A stretch of 64,000 nucleotides of DNA from Aphanothece saxicola GSE-SYN-MK-01-06B (lineage in GTDB: Bacteria; Cyanobacteriota; Cyanobacteriia; PCC-6307; Cyanobiaceae), in the NCBI GenBank assembly GCA_019359745.1, contig JAHHGT010000006.1, positions 153,371 to 217,370 of the forward strand, read 5' to 3'. This document shows positions 20,558-29,742 of the stretch, one piece after another. The notes under the pieces were generated by a model. The model saw nothing but the letters and a program-made list of their open reading frames with translations, did no database searches and was not told where the DNA came from. Numbering within the stretch: the stretch's first letter is position 1; each line of letters begins with the position of its first letter. A program made the translations under genes and the position numbers.

Positions 20558-21547
20558 ATGCCTTCGATCACCATCACTGCCGCTTCCGCGTCCCTGCTGG
20601 TCCCCACCGGCGATTCGTTGCGCTCCTACCTGCGGGACATCGGCCGGGTGCCGTTGCTCAGCCATGAGCAGGAAATCACGCTGGGCCGCCAGGTGCAGGA
20701 CTTGATGGCCCTCGAAGACCTGCGCGAGGAACTCACCCTGCGCTCCGGTGGCGAGGAGCCCAGCCCCGAACTTCTTGCCGCCGAGGCGGGCCTCACCCCG
20801 GCGCTGCTGCGCAAGCGGCTCCATGCCGGCCGCCGCGCCAAGGAGCGGATGGTGGCGGCCAACCTGCGCCTGGTGGTGAGCGTGGCCAAGAAATACACCA
20901 AGCGGAACATGGAGCTGCTCGACCTGATCCAGGAGGGCACGATCGGCCTGGTGCGGGGCGTCGAGAAGTTCGACCCCACCCGCGGCTACAAGTTCTCCAC
21001 TTACGCCTACTGGTGGATCCGCCAGGGCATCACTCGGGCGATTGCCGAGAAGAGCCGCACGATCCGGCTGCCCATCCACATCACCGAAACGCTCAACAAG
21101 CTCAAGAAGGGCCAGCGGGAGCTGAGCCAGGAGTTGGGCCGCACCCCCACCCTGAGCGAACTGGCGGTGGCGGTGGAGCTGCCCGAGGAGGAGGTGAAGG
21201 ATCTGCTTTGCCGCGCCCGCCAGCCGGTGAGCCTCGAAACCAAGGTGGGCGACGGGGAGGACACCGAGCTGCTGGATCTGCTCTCCGGTGACGACCTGCT
21301 GCCAGCCGAGCTGGTGGATGGCGAGTGCCTCAAGGGCGACCTGCGGGCCCTGCTCGAGCAACTGCCTGAGCTGCAGGGCCGGGTGCTGAAGATGCGCTAC
21401 GGCATCGATGGCGAGGAGCCGATGAGCCTCACCGGCATCGCCCGCACCCTGGGCATGAGCCGGGACAAGACCCGCAATCTGGAGCGGCGTGCCCTGGAAG
21501 GCATTCGTCACCACTCCCGCTCCCTTGAGGCCTATCTGGTGGCCTGA
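20558..21547 (+). CDS. RNA polymerase sigma factor, sigma-70 group 2 (RpoD/SigA-like)
   Basis: 329 aa with [55 protein letters not shown] and a region 4 HTH ([19 protein letters not shown]). Confidence 0.9.
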   Translation: MPSITITAASASLLVPTGDSLRSYLRDIGRVPLLSHEQEITLGRQVQDLMALEDLREELTLRSGGEEPSPELLAAEAGLTPALLRKRLHAGRRAKERMVAANLRLVVSVAKKYTKRNMELLDLIQEGTIGLVRGVEKFDPTRGYKFSTYAYWWIRQGITRAIAEKSRTIRLPIHITETLNKLKKGQRELSQELGRTPTLSELAVAVELPEEEVKDLLCRARQPVSLETKVGDGEDTELLDLLSGDDLLPAELVDGECLKGDLRALLEQLPELQGRVLKMRYGIDGEEPMSLTGIARTLGMSRDKTRNLERRALEGIRHHSRSLEAYLVA

Positions 21548-21562
21548 GCCGCGACGGCCCAT

Positions 21563-21586
21563 AAAAAAGCCCCCGTCTCCGGGGGC
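21563..21586 (-). terminator. Rho-independent terminator of rbp (possibly bidirectional, also after the sigma gene)
   Basis: 7-bp GC stem gcccccg/cgggggc with loop tctc. An A6 run on the + side gives a U6 tail on the minus-strand transcript. It lies between convergent genes. Confidence 0.6.
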
Positions 21587-21612
21587 CTTGGGCCTGCAAA
21601 TGCGGCTTGGTT

Positions 21613-21906
21613 TTAGTAACGGGGACGGCCGCCACCGGCGCCACCGCCACCGCCGCCACCACCGGTGCGGGGTTGAGCCTTGTTGACCCGGATCATCCGC
21701 CCCATCCACTCGACGTCCTGAAGGTCGTCGATGGCCTTGGTTTCATCGGCCTCATTGGCCATTTCAACGAAGGCGAAGCCACGCTTGCGGCCGGTTTCCC
21801 GGTCGAGGGGCAGGCTGCAGTTACGCAGCGCTCCATACTGCGCAAACAGATGGTTGAGATCATCTACCTCCGCGTCGAAGGAGAGATTTCCAACGTAAAT
21901 CGTCAT
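21613..21906 (-). CDS. RRM-type RNA-binding protein with glycine-rich C-terminus
   Basis: 97 aa with RNP2 IYVGNL, RNP1 KRGFAFVEM and a poly-Gly tail (GGGGGGGGAGGGRPRY), typical of cyanobacterial Rbp proteins. Confidence 0.9.
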   Translation of the reverse strand: MTIYVGNLSFDAEVDDLNHLFAQYGALRNCSLPLDRETGRKRGFAFVEMANEADETKAIDDLQDVEWMGRMIRVNKAQPRTGGGGGGGGAGGGRPRY

Positions 21907-22044
21907 GAACAGAGAAACAATTATGAACGGATTCGTCGAAAGCCCTTACGGGACGTTGTCACTCGCCGAAGAGAAATCTTTGAATCAGTAGAAGCGTACA
22001 GCCTGGTTGGGCTGGCAGGCTGGGGCCGTTGCGCAGGGCAAAGC

Positions 22045-22290
22045 ATGAAAGAGCAGGCAACGGCCATCGCCCTGGTGGCGCTCTGGGTGCTCGGCTGGGG
22101 GGTGGGCGGCTCGCTGATCGATGCCGGCCTCATCACCGCCGGGGTGTACAGCCTGGATGGGGGCCAGGTGGGCACCCTGATCACCTTCGTGCTCTGGAGC
22201 CTGCTGTGGGGCGCAGTGGGCCTGAAACTCTGGCGGAGCAGGAGCTCCGCCGGCTCCGAAGACGGGGGCAACGGGAACGAGGCGCCCTGA
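22045..22290 (+). CDS. Small two-TM membrane protein (hypothetical)
   Basis: 81 aa from ATG 22045 with two clear hydrophobic helices (AIALVALWVLGWGVGGSLI; LITFVLWSLLWGAVGLKLW). The upstream part of ORF 21607..22290 is antisense to rbp and discarded. Confidence 0.35.
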   Translation: MKEQATAIALVALWVLGWGVGGSLIDAGLITAGVYSLDGGQVGTLITFVLWSLLWGAVGLKLWRSRSSAGSEDGGNGNEAP

Positions 22291-22299
22291 GCGCGGCCG

Positions 22300-22500
22300 T
22301 CAGGGGCGCATGCCGAGCAGCTGGGCGCCGTAATGCTCGCTGAATTCGGCCTGGTGCTGCCAGGCGGAGAGGAGGGTCTTGGCGACCTTGCGGAGTTCCT
22401 CAATGTCATTGCAGCTGTCGATGGCGCGGGAGTGAACGGCGATCGAGAACTGGCGGTTGATCGAAAGGGAGGCTTCCATGACCGTGTTGCGATATTTCAT
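22300..22500 (-). CDS. NblA-like phycobilisome degradation protein (tentative)
   Basis: 66 aa from ATG 22500. LSINRQFSIAVHSRAIDSCNDIEELRKVAKTLLSAWQHQ parallels the NblA helix-loop-helix pattern (LS.EQQF........I...S.E.L..L......). Called from pattern memory only. Confidence 0.5.
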   Translation of the reverse strand: MKYRNTVMEASLSINRQFSIAVHSRAIDSCNDIEELRKVAKTLLSAWQHQAEFSEHYGAQLLGMRP

Positions 22501-22552
22501 TACGTTACGAGGTCTTGCCGGCGGGTGGGCGGCGGCAACCCGCACTGGGTGA

Positions 22553-23050
22553 TCAGAAAAACTGGTCGAAGTTATCGAAGTCGACCGCGCGGAAGGTGCC
22601 GTCCTGCACCTGGGCCATCAGCCGCTCCAGCTGCACCCACAGGGCACCACCGGTGAGCAGCGACAGCACAAACGCCACCAGAAGGGCCGCGCCGGCGGCG
22701 AAGCCGAACACCTGCAGACTGGCGCCGATGAACAGCGTCACACCGATCACCAGCCCCGCGTAGGGCATGGTCGTCTCCAGGTTGGAGATCGGAAGCAGGG
22801 CCAGCCGGTCCTGCTTCCAGCCCTCCAGCCGGTTCTGGATCATCTTGGCGAAGGTGAGTCCGCAGAGCACGGCCATGGCCAGACCGATGCCCGCCAGCAT
22901 GTAGGGCGGGTAGGTGAGCGGGGCGTACTCCAGCAGGATCTCCAGGGCATCCAGATCGCCGAAATCCCCGCTGGCTTGGTCCAGCCCGGCCTGCTGCAGG
23001 TTCACCGGAGCAGTAGAGAGGGCGGCCAGCAGCTGGGTCACGGAAGGCAT
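22553..23050 (-). CDS. Membrane protein, three TM helices (hypothetical)
   Basis: 165 aa with hydrophobic segments MLAGIGLAMAVLCGLTF, YAGLVIGVTLFIGASLQVFGF and AALLVAFVLSLLTGGALW. It lies 43 nt downstream of the large membrane protein on the same strand. Confidence 0.6.
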   Translation of the reverse strand: MPSVTQLLAALSTAPVNLQQAGLDQASGDFGDLDALEILLEYAPLTYPPYMLAGIGLAMAVLCGLTFAKMIQNRLEGWKQDRLALLPISNLETTMPYAGLVIGVTLFIGASLQVFGFAAGAALLVAFVLSLLTGGALWVQLERLMAQVQDGTFRAVDFDNFDQFF

Positions 23051-23093
23051 CAGGAGGCGATCGCGCCCGACCCTAGGCGCCGGTGCCGCCTTC

Positions 23094-25985
23094 TCAGCTG
23101 AATCGGCTCCGCAAGCGGTGGACGATGGCGTTCAGGGCCAGCAGCAGCAGGCCCACGCCGATGAACACCAGACCCCGCAGACCCAGGTCCGCCTGGGCCA
23201 TGTCGATGGCCAGCAACCGCAGCAGGCAGCCACCCAGGCCCACCAGGGCCACCAGCCGGAACTGGGGCTCCCGCAAGACCACCCCGAGCACGTAGATGGC
23301 GAAGGCTTCGCCGGTCCACAGGAGCGTCAGCAGGGCGCGGTCGTAGCCGCTGGCCAGCACCAGGGCCACGGCGACGAACAGGGGGTAGTACAGCCAGAGG
23401 TTGCGGAGCTGCGCCACCCGCGCTCCGATCCAGACCAGAACCGGCCATCCACCCGGCTGGGGCAGCCGTTCGAGGTCGAGCCAGCGGTGGGAGGCCACGA
23501 CGAAGGCCGTCTGCAGGGCGATCGCCACCACCCCGGCGGCCTGGGCGGCGCCGCTGACCGGGGGGAAAGGAGACAGGCCGCCCCCAAGGGTGTGGACCAG
23601 CGCCAGCACCGACAGCCCGTAGGCCACCACGCCGTAGACCTGCAGGCGAGTGGCGAACAGGCGTACCAACGCCGGGCAGACCAGCACCAGGGCCAGCAGC
23701 GACCAGGCGACGGGTCGCCAGGGCGCACTGATCTCCCCGTGCAGCGTCAGCGCCACGCCCAGCAGGGCACCCTCCAGAAAACAGGGCTGCACCAGCTGCC
23801 AGATCCGCAGCCGCCCCAGGTCGGCTCCCGCCCGGAAGAACCAGCCGTGCAGGCACACGGCGATCGCCAGCAATTCGACCAGCCAGCGGCCCCGCAGCTG
23901 CAGGACCCCGAGCGTGACCAGCTCCGGGCTGGGTCCGATCACCAGCAGATAGGCAACGCCGAAACCGGCCAGATACAGCAGGGACAGCACCAGACCGGCC
24001 CGCACGGCCGCCCCCCGCAGCCACTGGGTGGCCGCCAGGGTGCCGGCGGCCAGGAGCAGCCAGGCCACCCCTGGCAGCAGGGGCGAGATCGGCTCCAGCC
24101 ACCACAGGGCCCCCAGCCCCGCATCGAGGCCCAGCAGGCCGAGGCCGAGGCACTGCTGGCGGCTGCCACCGCCCGAGCGCATCAACAGCACGGCCAGCAG
24201 CCCCAGGGGCAGCAGACGCGTGAGCAGGTCCATGGCTGGCCAGGGCGCCTGGGCCAGCAACGCCAGCCAACCGAAGCCATGGGCCGCCGCGATGGCCACA
24301 CTGGCGCCCAGCAGCAGGCCCGGTGGGCGCCAGCGCCGGGCCGCCACCAGGAAGGCCCCCATCACCACCAGGCTGAGGGGGGAGCGCCAGTCCTCCGGCA
24401 CCACCAGCGCCGACCCCACCGTGATCAGACCGCCGGCCAGCCAGCCCAGCAGGGGCGGCAGGGGCAGCGGCACGCCACGGCGCTGCAGCCACACCTGCAT
24501 CCCGGCCATCAGGGCGGCCCCGCCGGTGAGCACGGCGCCGGCCTGGAGCTGGGCCACCGGATCGCGGCTCAGCAGCGCCGCCACCAGGCCCGTGATCGCC
24601 AGCAGCAGGCTCGCCGCCACGCTCAGCCACCAGCCGAGGCGTCGCAGGGGCTCGGAGTCCTCCCGCACCGCCAGGCCCAGGAACAGCAGGCACTCCAGCA
24701 GCACCGCACCGGCGAGCAACGGCCCGTCCGCGATCAGGGGCGCCAGGCTGAGCAGGGCAGCCAGCACCAGGGTCTGCCCCACCAGCGCATCGCCCAGGGC
24801 CAGCCAGCGCGGGCCATGCCGCCGGGCGTGGCGTCCCAGCAGCAGCGCCACAGCGGCACAGAGCGCCAGGGCCGTGGCCCGCGCTGCCGCCTCACGGGGA
24901 TAGAGCAGCAGGGCAAGGCCGAGGCCGCCCCAGAGGCTCAGCAGCAGGGACCCGGGCAGGGCCTGCAGCCGAGGCGGCGCGGCCCCAGGACGGTGCAGCC
25001 GCAGCAATCCCAGGCCGAACACCAGCACGGCCGCCAGGACGGCGCCGGTCGTCAGGGCGCTGGAGATGGCCAGCGCCGGGCCATTGCCCAGAAACCAGCC
25101 GACTTGAAACAGGCCATAGACCCAGCTCACCACCAACCGGTGCCGCTGCCAGCGGTGCCGCAGGGGCAGCTCCGAGCCCACCAGGGCGATGGCCGTGGCG
25201 ATCGCCAGGGCCGGGCCACCCTGGGGAGCGATCGCCAGCGGCACCAGGCTCACGGCCACGTGCAACGAGGCGATCGTGGCGGTGCGGGCGATGGCGGCCA
25301 GGCCGAGGTTGACGGCGACGCCCCCAGCCAGCAGGGCCAGGGCCTGGGCTGGGTCCTCCAGCCACTGCAGACCGAGCTGGGGCAGCCCACCGGCGGCGGC
25401 GCAGGCGAACAGGACCAGGGCGCCCCCTCCGCTGCGCATGCCGTCGGTGAGATCCCGCCAGCGCTGTCGCCGGCCCCACAGCAGTGAGGGCAGGGCCAGG
25501 AGCCCACCCGCCAGCAGGGCCACCAGGAACCGCTCCCTGGCCTCCAGCCGCAACCCCGCATGGATCGTGATGAAGGTGACCCCGGCCACCACCACAAGCA
25601 CGCCGAGCAGGCCGCTCCAGTTCTCCACCAGCAGCCGCTCGATCCGCTTCCAGGGTCTGGTCGCGCCCCTGGCCGGCCGCTGCGGTGCCACGGACACGGG
25701 CGCGGGCTGGGGCTCCACCGCGGCGTCCGAGGCCAGGAGTGGGGCTGGGGCGGGCGCCAATGCCGCTGGCTCCTGCGCCGGGGCGAGGCCCGACTGGCCG
25801 GGCCAGGGTTCACCCGCCAGGCGCTTTTCCAGGGCCTCGCTCCAGAGCGAGAGGGCGAAAAAGCGCTGGCTGAGGGAGGCACTGTGCCGCTCGAGGCGTC
25901 TGAGGCGCCGCTCCATCGACAGGGTCTGCAGGATCCACCCGGCCACCAGCAGCAGGAGGGCGAACAGCAGCAGTGCCTCGGTCAA
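23094..25985 (-). CDS. Large polytopic membrane protein (DUF2339-like)
   Basis: 963 aa. It has an N-terminal TM, a coiled/charged stretch (LSMERRLRRLERHSASLSQRF), a Pro/Ala spacer, then more than 20 hydrophobic helices. This architecture is typical of DUF2339. Confidence 0.7.
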   Translation of the reverse strand: MTEALLLFALLLLVAGWILQTLSMERRLRRLERHSASLSQRFFALSLWSEALEKRLAGEPWPGQSGLAPAQEPAALAPAPAPLLASDAAVEPQPAPVSVAPQRPARGATRPWKRIERLLVENWSGLLGVLVVVAGVTFITIHAGLRLEARERFLVALLAGGLLALPSLLWGRRQRWRDLTDGMRSGGGALVLFACAAAGGLPQLGLQWLEDPAQALALLAGGVAVNLGLAAIARTATIASLHVAVSLVPLAIAPQGGPALAIATAIALVGSELPLRHRWQRHRLVVSWVYGLFQVGWFLGNGPALAISSALTTGAVLAAVLVFGLGLLRLHRPGAAPPRLQALPGSLLLSLWGGLGLALLLYPREAAARATALALCAAVALLLGRHARRHGPRWLALGDALVGQTLVLAALLSLAPLIADGPLLAGAVLLECLLFLGLAVREDSEPLRRLGWWLSVAASLLLAITGLVAALLSRDPVAQLQAGAVLTGGAALMAGMQVWLQRRGVPLPLPPLLGWLAGGLITVGSALVVPEDWRSPLSLVVMGAFLVAARRWRPPGLLLGASVAIAAAHGFGWLALLAQAPWPAMDLLTRLLPLGLLAVLLMRSGGGSRQQCLGLGLLGLDAGLGALWWLEPISPLLPGVAWLLLAAGTLAATQWLRGAAVRAGLVLSLLYLAGFGVAYLLVIGPSPELVTLGVLQLRGRWLVELLAIAVCLHGWFFRAGADLGRLRIWQLVQPCFLEGALLGVALTLHGEISAPWRPVAWSLLALVLVCPALVRLFATRLQVYGVVAYGLSVLALVHTLGGGLSPFPPVSGAAQAAGVVAIALQTAFVVASHRWLDLERLPQPGGWPVLVWIGARVAQLRNLWLYYPLFVAVALVLASGYDRALLTLLWTGEAFAIYVLGVVLREPQFRLVALVGLGGCLLRLLAIDMAQADLGLRGLVFIGVGLLLLALNAIVHRLRSRFS

Positions 25986-26051
25986 GAGCCGCAGCAGGCG
26001 GAGTCACGACCCAGCTTCGCCTGGCCCGGCGCTCAGCGCACCCGTGGGGCC

Positions 26052-27635
26052 TCAGGCGGCGAGGGGATTCAGGCGGGCCAGCAGCCCCGTCGCCAGCTTG
26101 CGGGCCGAGAAGGTGCGGCCCATCAGCCCCAGCAGCGCCTGGAGATCGTCCGTGTGCAGCCGGTCGTGGCTCACCAGGCTCAGCAGCAGCCGCTGGCGCA
26201 GGCTGGTGCCCTCCTTGCCCAGCAGCAGCCGCAGCCCGTCGCGCGCCACGGGCAGCAGGTCGGTGGAGCTGGTGCCGTTCTCCACCACCGCCAGCAGGTT
26301 CTCCAGACGTTCCACCCGCAGGCGCCCGTCCTTGTCAAAAATCACCTCCAGCAGCTTCTCGCGCATCTCGGCGGTGTCACCCGCCAGCAGACGCCTCGCC
26401 ACGTAGGGGTAGGCGACGCGGATGATGCGGAAATCGGGGTCGAGCCGCATCGCCAACCCCTCCTGGCTCACCACGGCCCGGATGATCAGGGCGAAGCGGG
26501 CCGGCACCCGGAACGGGTAGTCGTACATCAGCTCCGAGAAGCGATCGGTGATCGCCTTGAAGTTGAAGCTGCCCACGTTCTCCCCCAGGGCACCACCGAG
26601 CACCTCCTCAAGCGCCGGCACGATCGGCCCCAGGGGGGTGCTGGGGTTGAGGAAGCCGAGCACCACGAAGTCGCGGGCCAGGGCATCGAAATCGCGGTTG
26701 ATCAGGTGCACCACCGCGCCGGTGAGGGTGAGGCGGTCGGAGTCGCTGAGCGAATCCATCATGCCGAAGTCGACATAGGCCACATGGCCCAGGCCGTTGG
26801 TCTTGCCCGGCAGGGCGAACAGGTTGCCCGGATGGGGATCGGCGTGGAAGTAGCCGAACTCGAGCAGCTGCTGCAGCCCGGCAATCACCCCTGTGCGGAT
26901 CAGGGCCGCCGGATCCAGGTGGTGGGCTTCCAGCTCACGGCGGCTCTGCAGCTTGGTGCCGTTGATCCAGCTGGTGGTCAGCACCCGGCGGCTGCTGAGG
27001 CTGCGCACCACCGCCGGAACGGTCACCTCCGGGTGGTCCTGGAACAGGGTGGCGAAACGTTCGGCGTTGTCGGCCTCGCGCCGGTAATCGATCTCCTCGA
27101 ACAGGGTGGAGCCGAACTCATCGATGATCGCCCCAAGGCCGAAGCCCAGATTCAGGGGCAGGAAGGGGGCCGCCAGCACCGCCAACGAGCGGATGATGAC
27201 CAGGTCGCGGCGCAGCACGAAGGGCAGATCGGGCCGCTGCACCTTCACGGCCACCCACTGGCCCTCAGCCAGGCGGGCCCGGTACACCTGCCCCAGGCTG
27301 GCCGCCGCCATCGGGTAATCGGGAAACTCCTCGTACAGCTGGTGGGCGGGGGCCCCCAGTTCCGCCTCGATCAGCGCCAGGGCGACCGCGTGGGAGAAGG
27401 GGGGCAGATCATCCTGGAGCCGGGCCAGCTCCTCCAGCCAGTCGCGCCGCACCAGGTCGGGGCGGGTGGAGAGGGCCTGCCCCACCTTGATGAAGCAGGG
27501 CCCGAGGTCGTTGAGGGTCTCGAGGATGGCGCGGGCCAGCCGCTGCTGCACCCGGGCATCAGTGCTGCTCGACTGCACCGCCAACCGCAGGGCCAGCCCC
27601 GCCAGCCGCCAGATCACCACGATCAGCCTTGCCAC
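26052..27635 (-). CDS. ABC1/UbiB-family atypical kinase
   Basis: 527 aa with the ABC1 motifs FIKVGQALSTRPDLV, LGQVYRARL...VAVKVQRP and FHADPHPGNLF. Confidence 0.9.
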   Translation of the reverse strand: MARLIVVIWRLAGLALRLAVQSSSTDARVQQRLARAILETLNDLGPCFIKVGQALSTRPDLVRRDWLEELARLQDDLPPFSHAVALALIEAELGAPAHQLYEEFPDYPMAAASLGQVYRARLAEGQWVAVKVQRPDLPFVLRRDLVIIRSLAVLAAPFLPLNLGFGLGAIIDEFGSTLFEEIDYRREADNAERFATLFQDHPEVTVPAVVRSLSSRRVLTTSWINGTKLQSRRELEAHHLDPAALIRTGVIAGLQQLLEFGYFHADPHPGNLFALPGKTNGLGHVAYVDFGMMDSLSDSDRLTLTGAVVHLINRDFDALARDFVVLGFLNPSTPLGPIVPALEEVLGGALGENVGSFNFKAITDRFSELMYDYPFRVPARFALIIRAVVSQEGLAMRLDPDFRIIRVAYPYVARRLLAGDTAEMREKLLEVIFDKDGRLRVERLENLLAVVENGTSSTDLLPVARDGLRLLLGKEGTSLRQRLLLSLVSHDRLHTDDLQALLGLMGRTFSARKLATGLLARLNPLAA

Positions 27636-27765
27636 CAGAACCCATGGCCGCAGCAGCAGCCAACGCAGATCTCCGTTGGGGTCGTAGGTGGGCGTGGGGG
27701 TGACGGCCTCTGCCAGGGTCTTGCCGCAGCGATCGCCAGACTCTAGGAACTGCTATCCGTGCTCC

Positions 27766-29127
27766 ATGGGCCCGTTCTGGCGACCAGCGCCGCTGGCCCT
27801 GCACCTGCCGGCCCATGGCCGGGGCCGGGCCCTGGCCCCCGCCCTGCGCCAGTTGTTGCGCCAGCCACCGGGGAGCTGGGATCTGCCGGAACTGCCGGGC
27901 TTCGGCGGCCCGCTCGAAGCGGAGGGAACGGTGGCCGAAGCCCAGGGGCGGGCGGCGGCCCTGCTGGGGGCGGAGCGTTGCTGGTTCGGGGTGAACGGGG
28001 CGTCGGGGCTGCTGCAGGCGGCCCTGCTGGCCCTCTGCCCGCCGGGGTCCAGGGTGCTGATGCCCCGCAACCTGCACCGCAGCCTGCTGCACGGCTGCGT
28101 GCTGGGCGGCATCGAACCGCTCCTGTACGACCTGCCAAGCGATCCGCTCACCGGCCTGTGGCAGCCACCGGAGCCCCGACGACTGGAGCAGGTGCTGGCG
28201 GCCGCCGCCGCCCTGCCAGGTGCGCCCGTGGCCGCCCTGGTGCTGGTGGATCCCACCTACCAGGGCCTGGCGGCCGACCTGCCGGCCCTGGTGGCCCTGG
28301 CCCACCGGGCCGGCCTGCCGGTGCTGGTGGACCAGGCCCACGGCACTGGCGAGGCCCTGGGGGCCGGCGCCGATCTGGTGGTGCTTTCCGTGCAGAAGAG
28401 TGGCACCGGCCTGGCCCAGAGCGCTGCGCTGCTGGCCCAGGGCGACCGGGTGGCAGCGGAGGCCATCGAGCGGGCCCTGCTGTGGCTGCAGACCTCCAGC
28501 CCCAGTGCCCTGCTGCTGGCCTCGACGGCCGCGGCCGTGGAGCACGGCGCCAGCGCCGCCGGCCGACGTCAGCGCCGGCGGGCCGTGACCCGGGCCGGAC
28601 AACTGCGCCAACGGCTGGAGGCCCTCGGCCTGCCGCTGGTGGCCAACGGCGATCCCCTGCGCCTGGTGCTGGCCACGGCCCCGCTGGGGATCAACGGCCT
28701 GGAGGCCGACACCTGGCTGCTGCAGCGGGGGGTGATCGCGGAGCTGCCGGAACCCGGCGCCCTCACCTTCTGCCTGGGGCTGAACCCACCCCGGGGCCTG
28801 GAGCGGCGCCTGCCGCGCCTGCTGGAGGGCCTGCGCCGCGCCCTCGGCGGTCCCCCGCTGCCCCCCTTCACGCCGCCCCCCCTGCCGCTGCTGGCGGCAC
28901 CGGAGCTGGCGCTCGGCGTGGCCTGGCGCAGCCCCGCCGAGGCCGTCCCCCTGGAGCGGGCCGCCGGCCGGGTGGCGGCGGCGCCGATCTGTCCCTACCC
29001 GCCGGGGATTCCGCTGCTGGTGCCCGGCGAGCGGATCGATGCGGTCCGCGCCGACTGGCTGCAGGGGCAACGGCGCCTCTGGCCCGGCCAGATCGCTGAT
29101 ACGGTGAGCGTCGTGGCCGGTTCGTGA
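27766..29127 (+). CDS. Orn/Lys/Arg decarboxylase family PLP enzyme
   Basis: 453 aa from ATG 27766. LHLPAHGRGRA...WDLPELPGFGGPLE...FGVNGASGLLQAALLAL matches the OKR_DC_1 major domain. SVQKSG carries the presumed PLP lysine. Confidence 0.8.
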   Translation: MGPFWRPAPLALHLPAHGRGRALAPALRQLLRQPPGSWDLPELPGFGGPLEAEGTVAEAQGRAAALLGAERCWFGVNGASGLLQAALLALCPPGSRVLMPRNLHRSLLHGCVLGGIEPLLYDLPSDPLTGLWQPPEPRRLEQVLAAAAALPGAPVAALVLVDPTYQGLAADLPALVALAHRAGLPVLVDQAHGTGEALGAGADLVVLSVQKSGTGLAQSAALLAQGDRVAAEAIERALLWLQTSSPSALLLASTAAAVEHGASAAGRRQRRRAVTRAGQLRQRLEALGLPLVANGDPLRLVLATAPLGINGLEADTWLLQRGVIAELPEPGALTFCLGLNPPRGLERRLPRLLEGLRRALGGPPLPPFTPPPLPLLAAPELALGVAWRSPAEAVPLERAAGRVAAAPICPYPPGIPLLVPGERIDAVRADWLQGQRRLWPGQIADTVSVVAGS

Positions 29128-29732
29128 GCCCGTTGCCGAACCCCTTCCACTGGGATTTCGTCACCCCCGGCCTGCCGGACAGCGCCTTCGAGGACGCTCC
29201 TGGATTCAGCCCCACACCGCTGGAGCTGCGGGTGATGCTGCTGGCCCATCTGCGGCCGCGGGCCGATTCGCTCGTCTGGGACGTGGGCGGCGGCACCGGC
29301 GCCCTGGCCCTGGAGATCGCCCGGCTGATGCCCACCGGCGCCGTGCACACCCTGGAGCGGGATCCGGAGGCGATCGACCTGCTGGAACGCAACCGGCAGC
29401 GCTTCGGCATCCACAACCTGCACATCCACGCCGGCGAGGCCCCGGAGGGCCTGGCCCTGCTCCCCCCCAACCCCGACCGGGTGCTGCTGGAGGTGGGCCG
29501 GCCCCTGGAAGACGTGCTTCGGGCCGTCTGGGGGGCCCTGCAGCCCTCCGGACGGCTGGTTATCAGCACCGTCAACCTGGAGGGTCTGGTCAAGGCCACC
29601 GACACCCTCGCCCAGCTGGGGGCCCACGATGTGCAGGTGGTACAGGCCACCGTGCACCGCATGCAGCGGCGCGGCAGCCAGGCCAAGCTGGCCGCCGCCG
29701 AACCGCTGTTCGTGATCGCCGCCGAGCGTTGA
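29124..29732 (+). CDS. cbiT: Precorrin-6Y/cobalt-precorrin-6B C15-methyltransferase (decarboxylating), CbiT-type
   Basis: 202 aa. TPLELRVMLLAHLRP...VWDVGGGTGALALE (SAM motif I) fits CbiT. GTG 29124 overlaps the upstream stop (GTGA). Confidence 0.75.
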   Translation: MSPLPNPFHWDFVTPGLPDSAFEDAPGFSPTPLELRVMLLAHLRPRADSLVWDVGGGTGALALEIARLMPTGAVHTLERDPEAIDLLERNRQRFGIHNLHIHAGEAPEGLALLPPNPDRVLLEVGRPLEDVLRAVWGALQPSGRLVISTVNLEGLVKATDTLAQLGAHDVQVVQATVHRMQRRGSQAKLAAAEPLFVIAAER

Positions 29733-29742
29733 GCCCCAGCCC

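Noticed and set aside
22914-25487. 857-aa + strand ORF (Gln/Arg/Gly/Pro-rich) and the 547-aa minus ORF 23050..24693
   Set aside because: Both overlap the 963-aa polytopic membrane protein in other frames or on the other strand. Their composition is noise-like (runs of QQ, RR, GP). Only frame 23094..25985 shows periodic hydrophobic helices.
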